From positions 13,144,001 to 13,208,000 of the forward strand of contig CM102290.1 in NCBI GenBank assembly GCA_046563655.1: a stretch of DNA of 64,000 nt, in the 5' to 3' direction. The stretch's first letter is position 1. Every line of letters starts with the position of its first letter. Below the pieces are notes generated by a model. That model made no database searches and was not told the origin of the DNA. It worked only from the letters and a program-made list of their open reading frames with translations. Shown here in pieces: positions 62,226 through 64,000 of the stretch. Source of the stretch: Yuukianura sp. NJ FZ-2021. Taxonomy: Eukaryota. The position numbers were made by a program, and so were the translations under genes.

Positions 62226-62897
62226 TTAGATGTCATTGGCAACCTGGCTTTTGTCGAGTGGTGTTTGATATGTTTTGGCTGTAGCTGGATCTTGACATGA
62301 GTTGGAGTCTCGGTCACATGCAAACATGGGGTCACATGGACACATGAGTAGATAAGCACTTTGTACTTCTACAGTTCGCAAGTTGGGGTACGACAGGCTA
62401 AAATTTGACGGTGCCGGCTGACTTGCTCTGCAAGGATCGTCTTTCACACCGAGTCGGTTGCAAGTTGGCACACTGTATCTCTGCATTCCTGTGATGTAAA
62501 TTATTCTCAATTATAAATTATAGTTATAAATTATAACTTATTATAACTAATTGGGTTAATCTGTAACAGGTGATTAGCTCGAAAACAATAAGCTCGAATT
62601 CATCAAGTTGGCAACAGTGGCACTGAATTTATTGGGGCGTAGGTTGGGGTTTTTAAAATGGCGGTTGCCAACTTGTGGAATTCGCGCTTATTGTATTCGC
62701 ACTAACGACGTGCAACAAAATTCATTGCAAATTTCCAACTTACCGATCGTACAGCAATAGTTTTCGGGGCAATCCGAGTTTCTGACGCACTCCGTGTAGC
62801 CTTTGAAAATTTCGTGCGTTGGCGTTCCCGCCGGGGACCCAGAAGTCAGGGAAATGGCCAAAGCGAAGACCAAAACCGGACTTAATTTGATCATCAT
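62226..62897 (-). CDS. Astakine-like (prokineticin-domain) secreted cytokine, 138 aa; exons 62897-62744 and 62488-62226
   Basis: Signal peptide MMIKLSPVLVFALAISLTSG. The phase-1 GT-AG intron joins ...CVRNSDCPENYCCTIG to MQRYSVPTC...PCR...LSYP...Y..MCPC...C...C, giving 10 Cys in the prokineticin/astakine arrangement, the arthropod astakine motifs RYSxPxC and LxYP, and no N-terminal AVIT motif. Confidence 0.9.
62567..62712. mobile_element. Inverted-repeat element in the astakine intron
   Basis: Homologous to 37602-37839 and 61700-61776 (CAGGT.ATTAGC.CGAAAACAATAAGC.CGAATT...CAAGTTGGCAAC and its reverse complement). Confidence 0.7.
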
Positions 62898-63059
62898 CCT
62901 AATTACTTTGCAACGTTAGCTAAAGAGTAACTTGTAGTAACTTGTTTCGTAGTTTTGCTAAACTTCGTGGCGTTTAGGGTAGTTGTTGGTCCTGTGGCGT
63001 TGGACAGTTGTCTAGTACTGGCGTTGGAGACTTTTGACTTCGTTGGACCGAAGCTTGAC

Positions 63060-63066
63060 TTTTATA
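63060..63066 (-). promoter_or_regulatory. Putative TATA box of the astakine-like gene
   Basis: TATAAAA on the minus strand about 165 nt upstream of the ATG at 62897. Confidence 0.5.
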
Positions 63067-63494
63067 TTTAGATGAAAACTGGGGAATTGGAGGGCAGTGG
63101 TTCATTTGTTCATTGGTTAATTATGTGTTGGTGGGTGAACCTAATGCATAAAAATACTATTCCAGGTAAGGAATTTGAGTAAAAGCTTAGCCAAAGTGCG
63201 GATGACGACAAAGGTAAAGAAGAAGCTTGAGGTTGTCAAGGTTAAAGGAAGGTGGATTGTTGCAGGAAGGAAACAATGGGGATTTAAGTTACAAAACAAC
63301 TTCATTTCATTCAGTTTTTCCCATTTTTTGGTTGAAATATTTTAGACTTTACTCATCAACAGACGTTGACGTCAACTGGATACAAATCATGCAGATCTAT
63401 TCCACTTTTGCACACAAATTCTGCTTAAACAGACGTTTGCATCGGCAACTATCTGTGTAATTATTGTCATAGTCATAGTTATTAGTAAGTTGAT

Positions 63495-63672
63495 TACCGT
63501 AAATTCCCAAGGAATGTCTGTTCGTACCCTTCCCTTAAGGAGTTCTCGAAACAAATAAGGGCTCGAATAGTGCCCCGGGGCACTACATCATTTGGCTAAC
63601 GTTCGTATAGCGTTTTCCTAACGTAAGGCAAAAGAAGTAGTACCCCGGGGCACTATTCGGAAATCTACGGTA
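63495..63672. mobile_element. CCGTA-terminal MITE with internal palindromes
   Basis: TACCGTAAATTCCCAA ... TTCGGAAATCTACGGTA; palindrome TAGTGCCCCGGGGCACTA at 63568 and a near copy at ~63638. Confidence 0.7.
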
Positions 63673-64000
63673 CGTGTAATTACGGTGTACTTAAGATTAA
63701 ATGATCATCAAGGTATCTTCATTAAGTTAATACCGGATTCATCCTATCACAACTTTAAGTTGTTAACCTGCATTTCAATTAATGTAATATCATGAAACAT
63801 TCAACCTTAATTGAAAAATAATTGCACTAAAATCAGTTGTATTGCATACAGCAACAGCAAGAAAAGATTTTTCCCACTGCTCACTGCATTATTAGAAGCA
63901 AATGTTACCAAAATTTATTCAAAATAGTACAAATGACAAAGTTAGAAATAACAGAATGCAAAAAGGAATCACGATTTGGTCTACATCAAGGTTCCATGGT

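Noticed and set aside
1..64000. Autonomous transposase, Rep/Helicase, reverse transcriptase or viral genes
   Set aside because: No ORF of adequate length or with DDE, HUH, helicase or RT motifs was seen; all elements appear non-autonomous.

Overview
This is AT-rich, intron-containing eukaryotic DNA. An invertebrate source is likely, and the gene content is compatible with a soil arthropod such as a springtail (inference, not proven). Three protein-coding genes can be rebuilt by hand from GT-AG splice sites. (1) A 5-exon secreted GH45 endoglucanase (3920-5642, +, 280 aa) with an unrecognised 44-aa six-cysteine, aromatic-rich N-terminal module and a Gly linker. (2) A 12-exon, ~1319-aa orphan multi-pass (7TM-like, PRRT3/PRRT4-like) membrane protein (46595-60384, +) with signal peptide, long Pro/Gly/Asn/Ser-rich ectodomain and a long tail ending in a PDZ-binding motif. 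(3) A convergent 2-exon astakine/prokineticin-domain cytokine (62226-62897, -, 138 aa). The ~40 kb between the first two genes has no recognisable coding gene. It is packed with non-autonomous DNA transposons (hAT-like MITEs with 8-bp TSDs, pogo/Tigger-like and CCGTA-terminal Tc1/mariner-like MITEs with TA TSDs), many of them nested. It also holds a DINE-1/Helentron-like family, one copy of which has expanded a 289-bp unit about five times; each unit carries inverted clusters of AGGTCA nuclear-receptor half-sites. A tRNA-derived element and several minisatellites, two apparently built from MITE termini, are also present. Most short ORFs in the supplied track are spurious.
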